Source of the DNA: Gemmatimonas sp.
GTDB taxonomy: Bacteria; Gemmatimonadota; Gemmatimonadetes; Gemmatimonadales; Gemmatimonadaceae
Direction: 5' to 3'
DNA: 64,000 nucleotides
Assembly (NCBI RefSeq): GCF_027531815.1
Contig: NZ_JAPZSK010000011.1
Coordinates: 4,223-68,222 of the forward strand
Shown: positions 54,803-64,000 of the stretch, piece by piece
How positions within the stretch are numbered: position 1 is the stretch's first letter
Layout: each line of letters opens with the position of its first letter
Position numbers and translations under genes: made by a program
The notes under the pieces: model-generated
Told to the model about the DNA's origin: nothing
Databases searched by the model: none
What the model saw: only the letters and a program-made list of their open reading frames with translations

Positions 54803-56923
54803 TCAGCAGCCCACGCACCGGTGATTGTTCCGTGCCCCCAGCTTCTCGAGCAGCTGGATGGTTTCGGGGAACGGACGCAGGCGCTGCACGGGACCATTGG
54901 CGAGGTCCACGGTGGTGCGGAAGTCGCGCCCCACCGCCTTGGGGTCGGCGCCCTTGCTCACGAGATACAGGATCATCTCGTTGTCGCCGCGCGACGCGGC
55001 GTGGTGGAGCGGCGTGTAGCCGTTCAGGTCGCGCTTGTTCACGTCGTGCCCCAGCTCTTCCACCAGGTACTTCAGGGCGGGCATCCAGCCGTCGGGCGCA
55101 TGACGGTGTGCGTTACCGGCGAAGCCGTTGCCATACCCCACCCCCGCCGCAGCGTGAATGGGATACGTGCCGATCCCGGCCGGCACCGCCTTGGAGGCGC
55201 TGTCGAGCGAGGCGTCGGGCCGGAAGCCGCCACCCTCACCCTGCGTGGGCGGGCGACGACGTCCCAACTGCGGTGGCCGGTACGACGGCACCGTGTCGAT
55301 GGCGCCCGCCTTCTTGAGGATCTTCATGGCCTCGAGATCGACCGCATACGTGGCACGCCAGAACGGTGACGTGCCGTCGAGCAGCTCGAGACCGCAGTTG
55401 GCGTTGCCGCAGTTGCTGTAGCCGAAGAACCAGATGTTCTTCTTCATGCGCACGTTCACATCGGCCCCGGCCTTGATGAGCGCGTTCATGAGTTCGTAGT
55501 GCGTCGTCTTCTGCAGCTGCACCGCCTGCGGCTGCGGGTAGCGCGACCGCGGATGCCAGAACGTGTTGATGGACGCGTACAGCGGCGACAGCCCGTGCGT
55601 GCTGGTGAGCTTCACGTTGGCGCCACGCTTCACCAGCTCCATCGCCAGGTCATAGTGCCCGTTGATGGTGGCGTGCAGCAGCGGCGTGACACTGTCGGTG
55701 GCCGACACTTCGTTGATGTCCGCGCCACCGTCGAGCAGCGCGAGCGCGGCGGCCATGTTCCCCTGACGCACGGCGTGGTGCATCGCGGTGAGTCCGCCCA
55801 TGCTCCCCACGGTCGCCTCGTAGCCGGCCTGGAACCCGTTGGTGGTATCGCGCGGCACCACGGTCTCGGTAGTCTTGCCGAGATCCTTGCGCTCGTACAT
55901 GGCGCGGCCGGCGAGAATGGCCTCCTCGATCTGCTTGGGCGTGAGCGCATTCACCGGCGGCGCAATGAGCCCGATGCGCGGGGTCCGCACGCTGTCCGCG
56001 CGCGGGGCCGCCGCGGCACGCGCGGCCGGAGCGGCCGGAGCGGCCGGAGCGGCCGTCGCCGCCGCGGGCGCCGCCTTCTTGGCCGTGTCCGCACCCGGCA
56101 CCGGCTCCACGCCCAACCCGAACTGGCGGCGCAGCGCCGCCTGTTCGGCTTCCTGCTTCGCAATGGCCTTCATGGCCGAATCGCGCATCGCCGCCGGGAG
56201 GGCGGCGAAGAGCAGCTCGTTGCGCTTGCGGGCGGCTGCCTGCTGCCGCGCCAGCTCTTCCGTGAGATCGAGGGTGGTCGTCTTGAGCGACGGGTTGGCG
56301 CCGGCCTTGAGCAGCGCCGCCACGGCCCCCGGCCGGTCCGATGCGGCGGCGAACATGAGTGGCGTCTGCCCCCACGTCGTCTCGCGCGCATTGAGGTCGG
56401 CCTTCCTGGCCACCAGCGCGTTCACGCCGGCCACGTCCCCCGACTGTGCCGCCAGGTGCAGCGCCGTGACCCCGGTGGCGGTGAGCACCTTGTGGTCGGC
56501 GCCCCCCGCCAGCAGCGCCTGCACCACTGCGCCGTTGCCGGCCCGCGCCGCAATGTGCAGCGGCGTGTAGCCGCCATTGCGCGTCGTGGGCGTGACCTTG
56601 GCGCCGGCCTTGAGCAGCGCCGCCGTCATGGCGGCATCACCGCGCTCGGCGGCCCAGTGCAGCGCCGTCATGCCATCCCCCAGGGGGATGTTCACATCGT
56701 TGCGTTGCGCGACGAGCGCGCGCACCCGTTCGAGGTCACCCTGCCGGGCCGCCTCGGCCACCGCCGGCGACGCGTTGGTGGCGCGGGTGACACCGGCCGC
56801 CAGGCGCACCGGCCGTCGGCTGTCCCCCGCCGTGCCCTGCGCCAGCGCGGGCGCCGCGGCGAGCGCCAGGCTCGTCGCACCGACCATGCCGGTGCGCAGG
56901 TGATACCGCAACGATTTCGACAT
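54803..56923 (-). CDS. Secreted ankyrin-repeat protein
   Basis: Multiple GxTALHxAA...LLxAGA repeats; signal peptide; C-terminal NNHRCVGC. Confidence 0.9.
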   Translation of the reverse strand: MSKSLRYHLRTGMVGATSLALAAAPALAQGTAGDSRRPVRLAAGVTRATNASPAVAEAARQGDLERVRALVAQRNDVNIPLGDGMTALHWAAERGDAAMTAALLKAGAKVTPTTRNGGYTPLHIAARAGNGAVVQALLAGGADHKVLTATGVTALHLAAQSGDVAGVNALVARKADLNARETTWGQTPLMFAAASDRPGAVAALLKAGANPSLKTTTLDLTEELARQQAAARKRNELLFAALPAAMRDSAMKAIAKQEAEQAALRRQFGLGVEPVPGADTAKKAAPAAATAAPAAPAAPAARAAAAPRADSVRTPRIGLIAPPVNALTPKQIEEAILAGRAMYERKDLGKTTETVVPRDTTNGFQAGYEATVGSMGGLTAMHHAVRQGNMAAALALLDGGADINEVSATDSVTPLLHATINGHYDLAMELVKRGANVKLTSTHGLSPLYASINTFWHPRSRYPQPQAVQLQKTTHYELMNALIKAGADVNVRMKKNIWFFGYSNCGNANCGLELLDGTSPFWRATYAVDLEAMKILKKAGAIDTVPSYRPPQLGRRRPPTQGEGGGFRPDASLDSASKAVPAGIGTYPIHAAAGVGYGNGFAGNAHRHAPDGWMPALKYLVEELGHDVNKRDLNGYTPLHHAASRGDNEMILYLVSKGADPKAVGRDFRTTVDLANGPVQRLRPFPETIQLLEKLGARNNHRCVGC

Positions 56924-56938
56924 GCGGCGACTCCTCGG

Positions 56939-58336
56939 TCAGGCGTTGGTGTACAGCGCGAACGGCGTCACGCTGTCGCCGAAGCTCGGCGTGTCGATGT
57001 TGTACCGGTGCAGCAGCGAGAGGAACACATCGGCCATCGGGGTGCCGTCGGGCGCCTTGAGGTGCGTGTTGCCCGGGATCATGTTGCTGCCGCCCATCAG
57101 GATGAGCGGGCAGCGACGATGGTTGTGCACGTTGCCGTCGGCCATGGGCGAGCCGTACACGATGAGCGTGTTGTCCAACAGGTTGCTGTCCCCTTCCTGC
57201 GTCTCCTTGAGGCGCTTGAGGAAGTAGGGCATCATCGCCACGTGGTACTTGTTGATGAGGTTGAATTCCATGATGGCCGACTCGCGGCCGCCATGGTGCG
57301 ACGCCGGGTGGAAGCCCTTGTTCGTGCCGCTCTCGGGATACACGCGGCTCGACGCGTCACGACCGGTCTTGAACGAGAAGACGCGCGTCATGTCGCTCTG
57401 GAAGGCGAGCACCTGGATGTCGAACATGAGCTTCATGTGCTCTTCGAACGAGTCGGGCACGCCCACGGGCGCCTCGGGCAGGGCGCGCTCCTCACCGCTC
57501 GAGTTCTTCGCCTCCACCTTCTGGATGCGACGCTCGAGCTCGCGCACGTTCTCGAGGTACTGATCCACCCGGCGACGATCGGTGGGGCCAAGCTGGCGCT
57601 TGAGCGCGCCCATTTCGCCCACCACCCAGTCGAGGATGCTGCCGTTGTCGCGGCGGCGCGCCGAGCGGTCGGCGTTGTCGCTGCCGGCACCGAAGAGCAG
57701 GTCGAAGGCTGCGCGCGGGTTGCGGATCATGGGCAGCGGCTCGTGCGGCGACGCCCAGCTGATCGTGTCGGTATAGGCGCACGAATAGTTGTACGTGCAG
57801 CCGCCGGCCTGGTCGAGGTTCTCGATGCACAGCTGCATGCTGGGGATCGGCGTGTCCTGTCCGATCTTGCGCGCCACGATCTGGTCGAAGCTGGTGCCCA
57901 CGAACAGGTCACTCCCCTGCGTCTGCTTGGGGTGCGACTGCGTGAGGAACACGGCACTCGACCGGAAGTGGTCGCCCCCGATTTCCGGCGCCTCGAAGGC
58001 CTCGGCCATGCGACAGTCGGTGTTGCTGATGATCGAGAGGTGCTGCCGCCAGTCGGCGAGCGGTGAGAGCGCGCTGTCGTTGGACAACTCGAACTGCCGC
58101 CCCACCCCCTCGGGCGCCCACAGGTACTTGGACGCGCCCCACGTGTTGCTGCCGGCGGCGCCGTGCACCGACTCGATGCACACCAGGCGCTGGTGGCCGG
58201 CGGCCGCGGCGCGTCCCGAGCCGGCAAGGAATCGACCGGCCGGTTCCATGGCATCCAGGTATGGCAGCGCCACAGTGGCGCTCAATCCCTTCAGGAACGT
58301 GCGGCGTTCCAGTGTCTTCTGCGCGAGAAACTGCAT
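56939..58336 (-). CDS. DUF1552 (HxxSHH) domain protein with Tat-like N-terminus
   Basis: RRTFLKGLSATVALPYLDAM, GGDHFRS, SFDQ, FHPASHH, LDNTLIVYGS, GNVHNH. Confidence 0.85.
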   Translation of the reverse strand: MQFLAQKTLERRTFLKGLSATVALPYLDAMEPAGRFLAGSGRAAAAGHQRLVCIESVHGAAGSNTWGASKYLWAPEGVGRQFELSNDSALSPLADWRQHLSIISNTDCRMAEAFEAPEIGGDHFRSSAVFLTQSHPKQTQGSDLFVGTSFDQIVARKIGQDTPIPSMQLCIENLDQAGGCTYNYSCAYTDTISWASPHEPLPMIRNPRAAFDLLFGAGSDNADRSARRRDNGSILDWVVGEMGALKRQLGPTDRRRVDQYLENVRELERRIQKVEAKNSSGEERALPEAPVGVPDSFEEHMKLMFDIQVLAFQSDMTRVFSFKTGRDASSRVYPESGTNKGFHPASHHGGRESAIMEFNLINKYHVAMMPYFLKRLKETQEGDSNLLDNTLIVYGSPMADGNVHNHRRCPLILMGGSNMIPGNTHLKAPDGTPMADVFLSLLHRYNIDTPSFGDSVTPFALYTNA

Positions 58337-58356
58337 CGTCGGTGCTCCGGAAAGGG

Positions 58357-60873
58357 TCAGTTCTGGTTCGCGTCGGCCGCGACCGGCTCGGCACGCTTGC
58401 TCTGGAAGGCCTTGCTGTTCACCACACCGATCACGAAGGCCGACATACGGTAGTTCTGCTTGGCGGCGTCGCGCACGATCGCGCGCACCGTGGTCATGTC
58501 ATGGTCTTCCACGCGACGTCCGAGCGCGTAGGCCATGAGGTTCTCCGTGAAGTTCCGCATGAGCGGCAGGGGCCGCTTGAGCAGCGCCTTCGTGAGATCC
58601 GCCGTGGTGGTGATCGGCGTGCCGTCGTACAGGTTGCCCCGCGTGTCCAGCTGGGCGCCGTTCTCCCGGTAGCGGAGCTTGCCGGTCACGTCGAAGTTGT
58701 CGAGCGCGAGCCCAATGGGATCCATGAAGTTGTGGCACGACTTGCACGTGGGATTGTCGCGGTGCATCTCCATGCGCTCACGCGTGGTGAGCTGCTTGCC
58801 ATCCTTCGCCCCCGCGGTCTGCTCGAGGTCGGGCACATTGGGCGGCGGCGGTGGCGGCGGCGCGCCCAGCAGCACTTCCATGACCCACTTGCCACGCAGC
58901 ACCGGCGAGGTGCGGTTGCCCAGCGACGTTTGCACCAGCACGCTGCCGTGACCGAGCACGCCACGGCGCTGATCGTCGGCGTACGCCACCTTGCGGAAGT
59001 GCGTGCCACTGACACTGGGAATGCCGTAGTGCTTGGCCAGCCGCTCGTTCACGAACGTGGACTCGGCGGTGAAGGCGGTGAGCACGCTGCGGTCCCGGCG
59101 CACCATGTCCTCGAAGAACAGCTCCGTTTCCTTCTGCATCGCGTTGGCGAGCAGCTGGTCGAAGTCGGGGAAGAGGAACGCGTCGGGCTTCACCTTCTCG
59201 AGATCCTGCAGGCGCAACCATTGCGCGGCGAAGCGCGTGCTCAGCGCCTCGGCACGCGGGTCGGCGAGCATGCGCTTCACTTCGGCATTGAACACCACCG
59301 GCTGCGACAGGCGCTTCTGCCGGGCCAGGGTGAGCAGGCGCTCGTCGGGGATCGTGCTCCAGATGAAGAACGAGAGGCGCGTGGCCAACTCGAGATCGTC
59401 GATGCGGAAATCCTTCCCTTCGGCCACCCCGGCGGGCGTGCGCTCGAAGCGGAAGATGAAGTGCGGGCTGGCAAGCACGGCCTGCAGGCCGAGGCGCACA
59501 CCATCCTCGAAGCCCTCCACGCCGCCCGTCTTGGCGCCGGTGTCGTAGAACTTCATGAGCGCCGCGCGATCGGTCTCGGTGAGCGGGCGGCGGTAGGCGC
59601 GCGTGGCCACCCGCTCGAGGATGCTCTGCGCGCAGACACGCTGCGCCGCCGGCGCGGTGGGAGCGCAGGTCAGGAGCTTGCGGCGGCTGGGCGAACTCGA
59701 GAGCCCGAGGATCTTGGTGGGCCCCGTGATGAGCACGTCCATGAGATACGCCGGCTCGGTGGTGCCGGCGGACCCGTTGCCCTGTGAGGCCCGCGACCAC
59801 TCATGCGGCTTGATGAGATCCTCGTACGGACCGTCCACCTTCTTCACGAAGCTCACGCTCACCGTGCGCTGGCCGCCGGTGATGGTGAGCGGTTCGGTGA
59901 GCAGGTAGTCGGCACCGAGCGGCAGGTCGGCCGACTCGCTGTTGCGATTGACGCCGCGGTCGTAGCGCAGCAGCGCCACGCGCTCGCCATCGATGGAGAC
60001 GTCGACATCCTCGATGGGGCGCCCCACACCGCCGCCCACGTTCACCCGCAGTTGATAGATGCCGTCGGCCGGGAAGGTGTGCTTGATCACCATACCGCCG
60101 CGCGTGCCATAGGGCGTGCCTTCGACCTGGTCCCACGGGTGCTGCGAGGTGAAGGGCGAGGTCTTGTAGAGCACCTGCGCCAGCCCCGCCTTGCGATCGC
60201 CGATCGCCATGCGGCTCACCGCCGACGCCGCGTTGAGGTAGCCCTCGAGCAGCGTGGGGGAGAGCGCCTGCACGTCGGAGATGTTGTCGAAGTTGGCGCT
60301 CTTCTGGTCGAGCGGCAGCCAGTCACCGGCGGTCACGTCGAGCCCAAGCAGGTCGCGCACCACGCGCTCGTACTCGGCACGATTGAGTCGCTGGAAGGAG
60401 CGTGTCCCCGGGTTGATGGGACGCGCGTCCATGGTCTGCTCGAGCGTTTCCGCGAGGGCGAGGAGTGTATCGCCGCCGGGGCGCTTGGAACCCGGCGGGG
60501 GCATCATCTCCGCGCGCAGCTTGCGAATGATCTTTTCGGTGGCGTCGCTCTCGGTGGCTGTCGCGAGGCTGTAGCCGCGCAGGTTGAGATTGCCGCGGCG
60601 CATGGTGGGGTTGTGGCAGGAGCCACAGTACTTCTGCACCGTGCTGTCGAGCGCGGCGATCGCCACGCCGCGCGCACCGAATTTCGCCGGCGCGCGCGTG
60701 GGGGTTATGGAACGCGACAGCACCGGATGCGTCGCTGCCACGCCGCCAGCGGCGGGACGGGCGGGCGCGCGATCACGAACTGCGGGGACCGGATTGGGGG
60801 TGAGCAGTGACGAGACCATCGTCACCGTCGCCGTGATACCCGACCATGCCAAGAGAACCTTCATGCCAACCAC
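58357..60873 (-). CDS. DUF1592/1587/1595/1588/1585 (PSD/PSCyt) protein with two c-type heme motifs
   Basis: CGSCH, MMPPPG, RLNRAEYERVVRDLLG, ASPHFIFR, LATRLSFFIWSTIPD, TSPVLRGKWV, RERMEMHR..CKSCH..MDPIGLALDNFD. Confidence 0.88.
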   Translation of the reverse strand: MVGMKVLLAWSGITATVTMVSSLLTPNPVPAVRDRAPARPAAGGVAATHPVLSRSITPTRAPAKFGARGVAIAALDSTVQKYCGSCHNPTMRRGNLNLRGYSLATATESDATEKIIRKLRAEMMPPPGSKRPGGDTLLALAETLEQTMDARPINPGTRSFQRLNRAEYERVVRDLLGLDVTAGDWLPLDQKSANFDNISDVQALSPTLLEGYLNAASAVSRMAIGDRKAGLAQVLYKTSPFTSQHPWDQVEGTPYGTRGGMVIKHTFPADGIYQLRVNVGGGVGRPIEDVDVSIDGERVALLRYDRGVNRNSESADLPLGADYLLTEPLTITGGQRTVSVSFVKKVDGPYEDLIKPHEWSRASQGNGSAGTTEPAYLMDVLITGPTKILGLSSSPSRRKLLTCAPTAPAAQRVCAQSILERVATRAYRRPLTETDRAALMKFYDTGAKTGGVEGFEDGVRLGLQAVLASPHFIFRFERTPAGVAEGKDFRIDDLELATRLSFFIWSTIPDERLLTLARQKRLSQPVVFNAEVKRMLADPRAEALSTRFAAQWLRLQDLEKVKPDAFLFPDFDQLLANAMQKETELFFEDMVRRDRSVLTAFTAESTFVNERLAKHYGIPSVSGTHFRKVAYADDQRRGVLGHGSVLVQTSLGNRTSPVLRGKWVMEVLLGAPPPPPPPNVPDLEQTAGAKDGKQLTTRERMEMHRDNPTCKSCHNFMDPIGLALDNFDVTGKLRYRENGAQLDTRGNLYDGTPITTTADLTKALLKRPLPLMRNFTENLMAYALGRRVEDHDMTTVRAIVRDAAKQNYRMSAFVIGVVNSKAFQSKRAEPVAADANQN

Positions 60874-61156
60874 TCCACGGAGTGCGCATCCGCGTGGGTG
60901 TGCACCGGAGATGGTGGCACACGGCGAAACGGACGCGCGTCGTCTACCTGCGGGACCTGCTGCGGTGACACCGGTACCACGACCGGGAGGAAGGAGCCCG
61001 GTGTGGATGAAACACAGACACGTGGAACAGGCACCCCGTCACGACCGCATGGCCGCCGAGCATGTTCCACGACGAATTTACGCAGCAGGAGCCGAAGATG
61101 CTGCAACTGCCGTTGCGTACGCGTGTTACAGGAAACACGCGACGCCGCGGTGTGGT

Positions 61157-62092
61157 CTAGAGCGCGGCGATCACGCGCGGCCGCAGCAGGGCCGCGAGCA
61201 CATCGTGCACCGGCGTGGGCACACCGAACGAGCGGCCAAGACGCCCCACCGCCGCGGTCTGCGCCTCGAATTCGCTGGGGCGCCGCGCCAGCAGGTCGCG
61301 CGCCATGCTCGTGCGTTCGTCCGGCGGCAAACCATCGTAGCGCTGCCACACCGTGCGCTTGGCATCGGCTGGCCACGTCACACCCACGGCCTGCCCCACG
61401 GCGATGACTTCATCCAGCGCCCGGTCCACCAGCTCGCGCGTCTCCGGCACGGTTCGTACGGGGCCGAACGATTCTCCCGTCGCGGCGCACACCACGCCAA
61501 TGGGTTCGATGAAGAGGAATTTCTCCCAAAGCGCCACCGCCATGTCGGCCGGTATCAGCGCCTGGAGGCCGGCTCCTCGCACCGCCTCGGCGATGGCGGG
61601 AATGGCGGCCGCCACGGCCGGCGCCGGCGGGTGACCCGCCCGCGGACCGAACTCGAGCAGGGGGGTGACCGCCATATGGCGGACGTGACCGGGCGCCGCC
61701 TGCTCGGCGATGACCCGGCACAACCCCTCGAGGATGTGGTCATTTCCCAGCGCCGCCGCCAGCTGGACGCTGGCCTCCACCCCGTTCTGGAGGGGGATCA
61801 CCGCGGTGGCGGGCCCCAGCAGCGGCGCCAGCGTGGGCGCGATGGCCACCACCTGCGTGGCCTTCACGCCCACCAGCACCAGGTCCACGGGCCCGACGCT
61901 CGAGGGATCGTCGGTGGCCTGCACCGCCGGCAGCTGCACGTCGCCGTGTACACTGTCGAGCTGCATCCCGCGCGCACGCAGCACCGCCAGCGTGGCGCCG
62001 CGCGCGATGAACGTCACGTCGTGGCCGGCGGCGGCGAGCCGAGCGCCGAACACGCCCCCCACCGCGCCGGCGCCAACCACGGCGATACGCAT
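61157..62092 (-). CDS. panE: 2-dehydropantoate 2-reductase family protein
   Basis: IAVVGAGAVGG, VGVKA, LQNGV, WEKF, TSMARD, EFE. Start at ATG 62092. Confidence 0.85.
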   Translation of the reverse strand: MRIAVVGAGAVGGVFGARLAAAGHDVTFIARGATLAVLRARGMQLDSVHGDVQLPAVQATDDPSSVGPVDLVLVGVKATQVVAIAPTLAPLLGPATAVIPLQNGVEASVQLAAALGNDHILEGLCRVIAEQAAPGHVRHMAVTPLLEFGPRAGHPPAPAVAAAIPAIAEAVRGAGLQALIPADMAVALWEKFLFIEPIGVVCAATGESFGPVRTVPETRELVDRALDEVIAVGQAVGVTWPADAKRTVWQRYDGLPPDERTSMARDLLARRPSEFEAQTAAVGRLGRSFGVPTPVHDVLAALLRPRVIAAL

Positions 62093-62096
62093 CAGC

Positions 62097-62795
62097 TCAG
62101 GGCGTCTTGGTGACGGCGAATCCGGCAATGTGCGCGTCGGTGTTGTGCCCCATACGGAAGCCCACCACACCGTCGGTGCCCTTCAGCTTGCCCGCGCCCA
62201 CCACGTCGCTCTTGGGGTAGCTCGCCACTTCCTGCCCGTTGATGAGGCAGGAGACCTTGTCTCCCTTCACCTGCAGCGCGATCTCCTGCGTCACTGGCTT
62301 GCCCTTGGCTTCCGCCTTGTTCACCGCCGGGTGCGTGCCGCCGCGCGGGCCGTTGAGCTGGAAGGGCGCCGGGCCGAAGCCGCGCACGATGAAATTGCCG
62401 TTGCCGTAGGCGGCGCAGTACAGGTAGCTCGCGTTCTCGGTGCCCATGTCATTTCCGCCCATCACGATGCCGTACGGATGCGGGTGATTGTTGAGCCCCA
62501 TGTACTCGCGCTCGGAGAAGGTGGCCTTCACCGTGTAGTCGCCGGTGCCCTTCATGCCGGGGTTCCAGTAGGTGATGGCCGGACCGGTGGTGGCATGCAT
62601 GTCCTTGCCCATGCCCCAGAACTTGGCGCTGTCCACGGTAAGGCCCGCCTTGGCTTCCTTGGCGTCGACGACGCCCATCCAGCCCTTGAGCTGAATACCG
62701 CCCTTCACGGCAATCGACTTCTCGTTGTCTTGCGCGCTGGCGACAGACGAGGCGGCGGCAAGGGCCAGCAGGGCGGCGGGAATGATCCGCTTCAT
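62097..62795 (-). CDS. Secreted hypothetical protein, concanavalin-like / DUF1080-like beta-sandwich
   Basis: Signal peptide; GDYTVKATF, YGIVMGG, IALQVKGDKVSCLING, GVVGFR. Confidence 0.6.
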   Translation of the reverse strand: MKRIIPAALLALAAASSVASAQDNEKSIAVKGGIQLKGWMGVVDAKEAKAGLTVDSAKFWGMGKDMHATTGPAITYWNPGMKGTGDYTVKATFSEREYMGLNNHPHPYGIVMGGNDMGTENASYLYCAAYGNGNFIVRGFGPAPFQLNGPRGGTHPAVNKAEAKGKPVTQEIALQVKGDKVSCLINGQEVASYPKSDVVGAGKLKGTDGVVGFRMGHNTDAHIAGFAVTKTP

Positions 62796-63002
62796 GGCAA
62801 CTCCTGATTCGGTGGGAACAGCGGGAGGAGGAGGAGAGAAGGGGAATACACGTCGGCAATGGGAATTCGCGCAACTGGCGGAATTGACCCACGGCGTCCA
62901 GGCAGGCTCGGCTGCCGCGCCGTCAGCACCCCTCGCGCCGCCATCGTAGTCTCAGTGGCAGCGGCAGCCTCCCCACCTCCCCGACCTCCCACCGCCACGG
63001 CC

Positions 63003-63776
63003 ATGCCCAACATCGACGCGCCCGTCGTGAACCGCCCTTGCTGGTTCGATCTGTCCACCGCGGACCTCAGCGCTGCCAAGGCGCTGTATGGTGAGCTGTT
63101 CGGGTGGAGCTACATGGATGGTGGCCCCGAGCTGGGGCACTACACCATGGCCTTCAACGCCGCCGGCCGCGCGACCGCGGCCCTCGCCCCCAAGATGCCC
63201 GGGCAGGAACAGATGCCCACCGTGTGGACCGTGTACTGGGGCACCGCCGATATCACGGACGCGGCGGCGCGGATCGTGGCGCACGGCGGCTCGATGATGG
63301 TGCCGCCCATGCACATTCCCGGCAACGGGCACATGGCCGTTGCGATCGATCCCGACGGCGCCGTCTTCGGTCTCTGGCAGGCCGACCCGTTCGGCGGCGC
63401 ACAAGTGGAGGGCGAACACGGCGCCATGTGCTGGAGCGAAGTGAATTGCCGCGATGGCGCGGCGAACGCGGCGTTTTACGCCGCGGTGTTCGATCTCGAC
63501 GTGCACAAAATGGACATGCCCGGCGTGGTCTACCACACACTGTATCCCAAGTGCGGCGGCGAGGCGGTGTGCGGCGTACTGCAGATGGATGAACGCTGGG
63601 TGGGAATCCCGCCCAACTGGATGCCGTACTTCGCCGTGGCCGATCTCGAGCGCGCCAACACCGTGTGGACCCAGCACGGCGGGACGCTCGTCACCGGACC
63701 CATCCCGTCACCCTACGGCCGGATCATGGTGGTGCAGGATCCGCAGGGGGCGTACCTGTCGTACATGGCGTCGTGA
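63003..63776 (+). CDS. VOC/glyoxalase family protein, two domains (CFP32-like)
   Basis: PCWFDLST, FYGELFGW, WTVYW, DPDGAVFGLW, WSEV, WMPYFAV, DPQGA. Start at ATG 63003. Confidence 0.88.
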   Translation: MPNIDAPVVNRPCWFDLSTADLSAAKALYGELFGWSYMDGGPELGHYTMAFNAAGRATAALAPKMPGQEQMPTVWTVYWGTADITDAAARIVAHGGSMMVPPMHIPGNGHMAVAIDPDGAVFGLWQADPFGGAQVEGEHGAMCWSEVNCRDGAANAAFYAAVFDLDVHKMDMPGVVYHTLYPKCGGEAVCGVLQMDERWVGIPPNWMPYFAVADLERANTVWTQHGGTLVTGPIPSPYGRIMVVQDPQGAYLSYMAS

Positions 63777-63790
63777 ATTCGGAAGGTTTA

Positions 63791-63920
63791 TGACAAGGGA
63801 GGGGGCAGGAGGCAGGGGGCAGGAGGCGGGAAGCAGGGGGCAGGGGGCAGGGGGCAGGGGGCGACTACGCGTTGGTGCTCCCTGCGACCCGCTCCCTGCC
63901 TCCTGCCCCCTCTCTTGTCA
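63791..63920. repeat. Heptamer (GGCAGGR) array with about 29-bp inverted ends
   Basis: tgacaagggagggggcaggaggcaggggg ... ctccctgcctcctgccccctctcttgtca; eight heptamers at 63804-63859. Confidence 0.85.
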
Positions 63921-63923
63921 ACC

Positions 63924-63957
63924 AAAACGGGGCGATCTCCGCAGGAGACCGCCCCGT
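63924..63957 (-). terminator. Intrinsic terminator for a gene arriving from beyond the right edge
   Basis: AAAA-CGGGGCG-a-TCTCC-gca-GGAGA-c-CGCCCCGT. Confidence 0.6.
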
Positions 63958-64000
63958 CGTCCATCAATCCATCAATCCATCAATCCGCGCCCGCCGGCAG

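Noticed and set aside
55499-58066. 855-aa plus-strand ORF
   Set aside because: Antisense shadow of the ankyrin and DUF1552 genes; Arg/Gly/His-rich composition typical of high-GC non-coding frames.
60944-61138. 64-aa Cys/His-rich ORF as a precursor peptide of the DUF1592 system
   Set aside because: TTG/GTG-type start without a clear RBS and non-coding-like composition; kept only as part of the leader finding.
1-64000. rRNA, tRNA, transposase, integrase, prophage, or known defence system
   Set aside because: No recognisable signature by eye. The DUF429, Smr and HD genes sit in housekeeping context rather than in a defence island.

Overview
High-GC (about 70%) bacterial chromosomal window whose gene content and protein style resemble Gemmatimonadota (Gemmatimonas-like); that assignment is inferred, not searched. 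It is mostly core or housekeeping DNA: a split arginine cluster (argC-argB-argD divergent from argR-argH, with tandem ARG boxes), ispG, a complete nine-gene histidine operon (hisG-D-C-H-A-B-F-N-IE) with a sigma70-type promoter, His-rich leader peptide and attenuator, murB, a panE-like gene, and many secreted or outer-membrane proteins (M28 and M16 peptidases, alkaline phosphatase-like enzyme, beta-barrels, Bor lipoproteins, beta-propellers, a blue-copper lipoprotein, a TonB-receptor-like protein). I found no rRNA, tRNA, CRISPR array, integrase or transposase. The most interesting items are: (1) an uncharacterised, apparently exported three-gene module (two-CxxCH DUF1592-type protein, Tat-like DUF1552/HxxSHH protein, ankyrin protein ending in CxxC); (2) the his attenuator; (3) a perfect Rex/CRP-type palindrome upstream of the cupredoxin; (4) a 10-copy in-frame 12-bp VNTR at the hisD/hisC junction; (5) a family of intergenic inverted-repeat and heptamer elements, several sharing an ACGCGTTGG motif; (6) a probable pntB relic and a degenerate Wzc-like protein. 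All product calls come from motif recognition by eye without database searches. Several start codons were moved downstream of the ORF-track starts.
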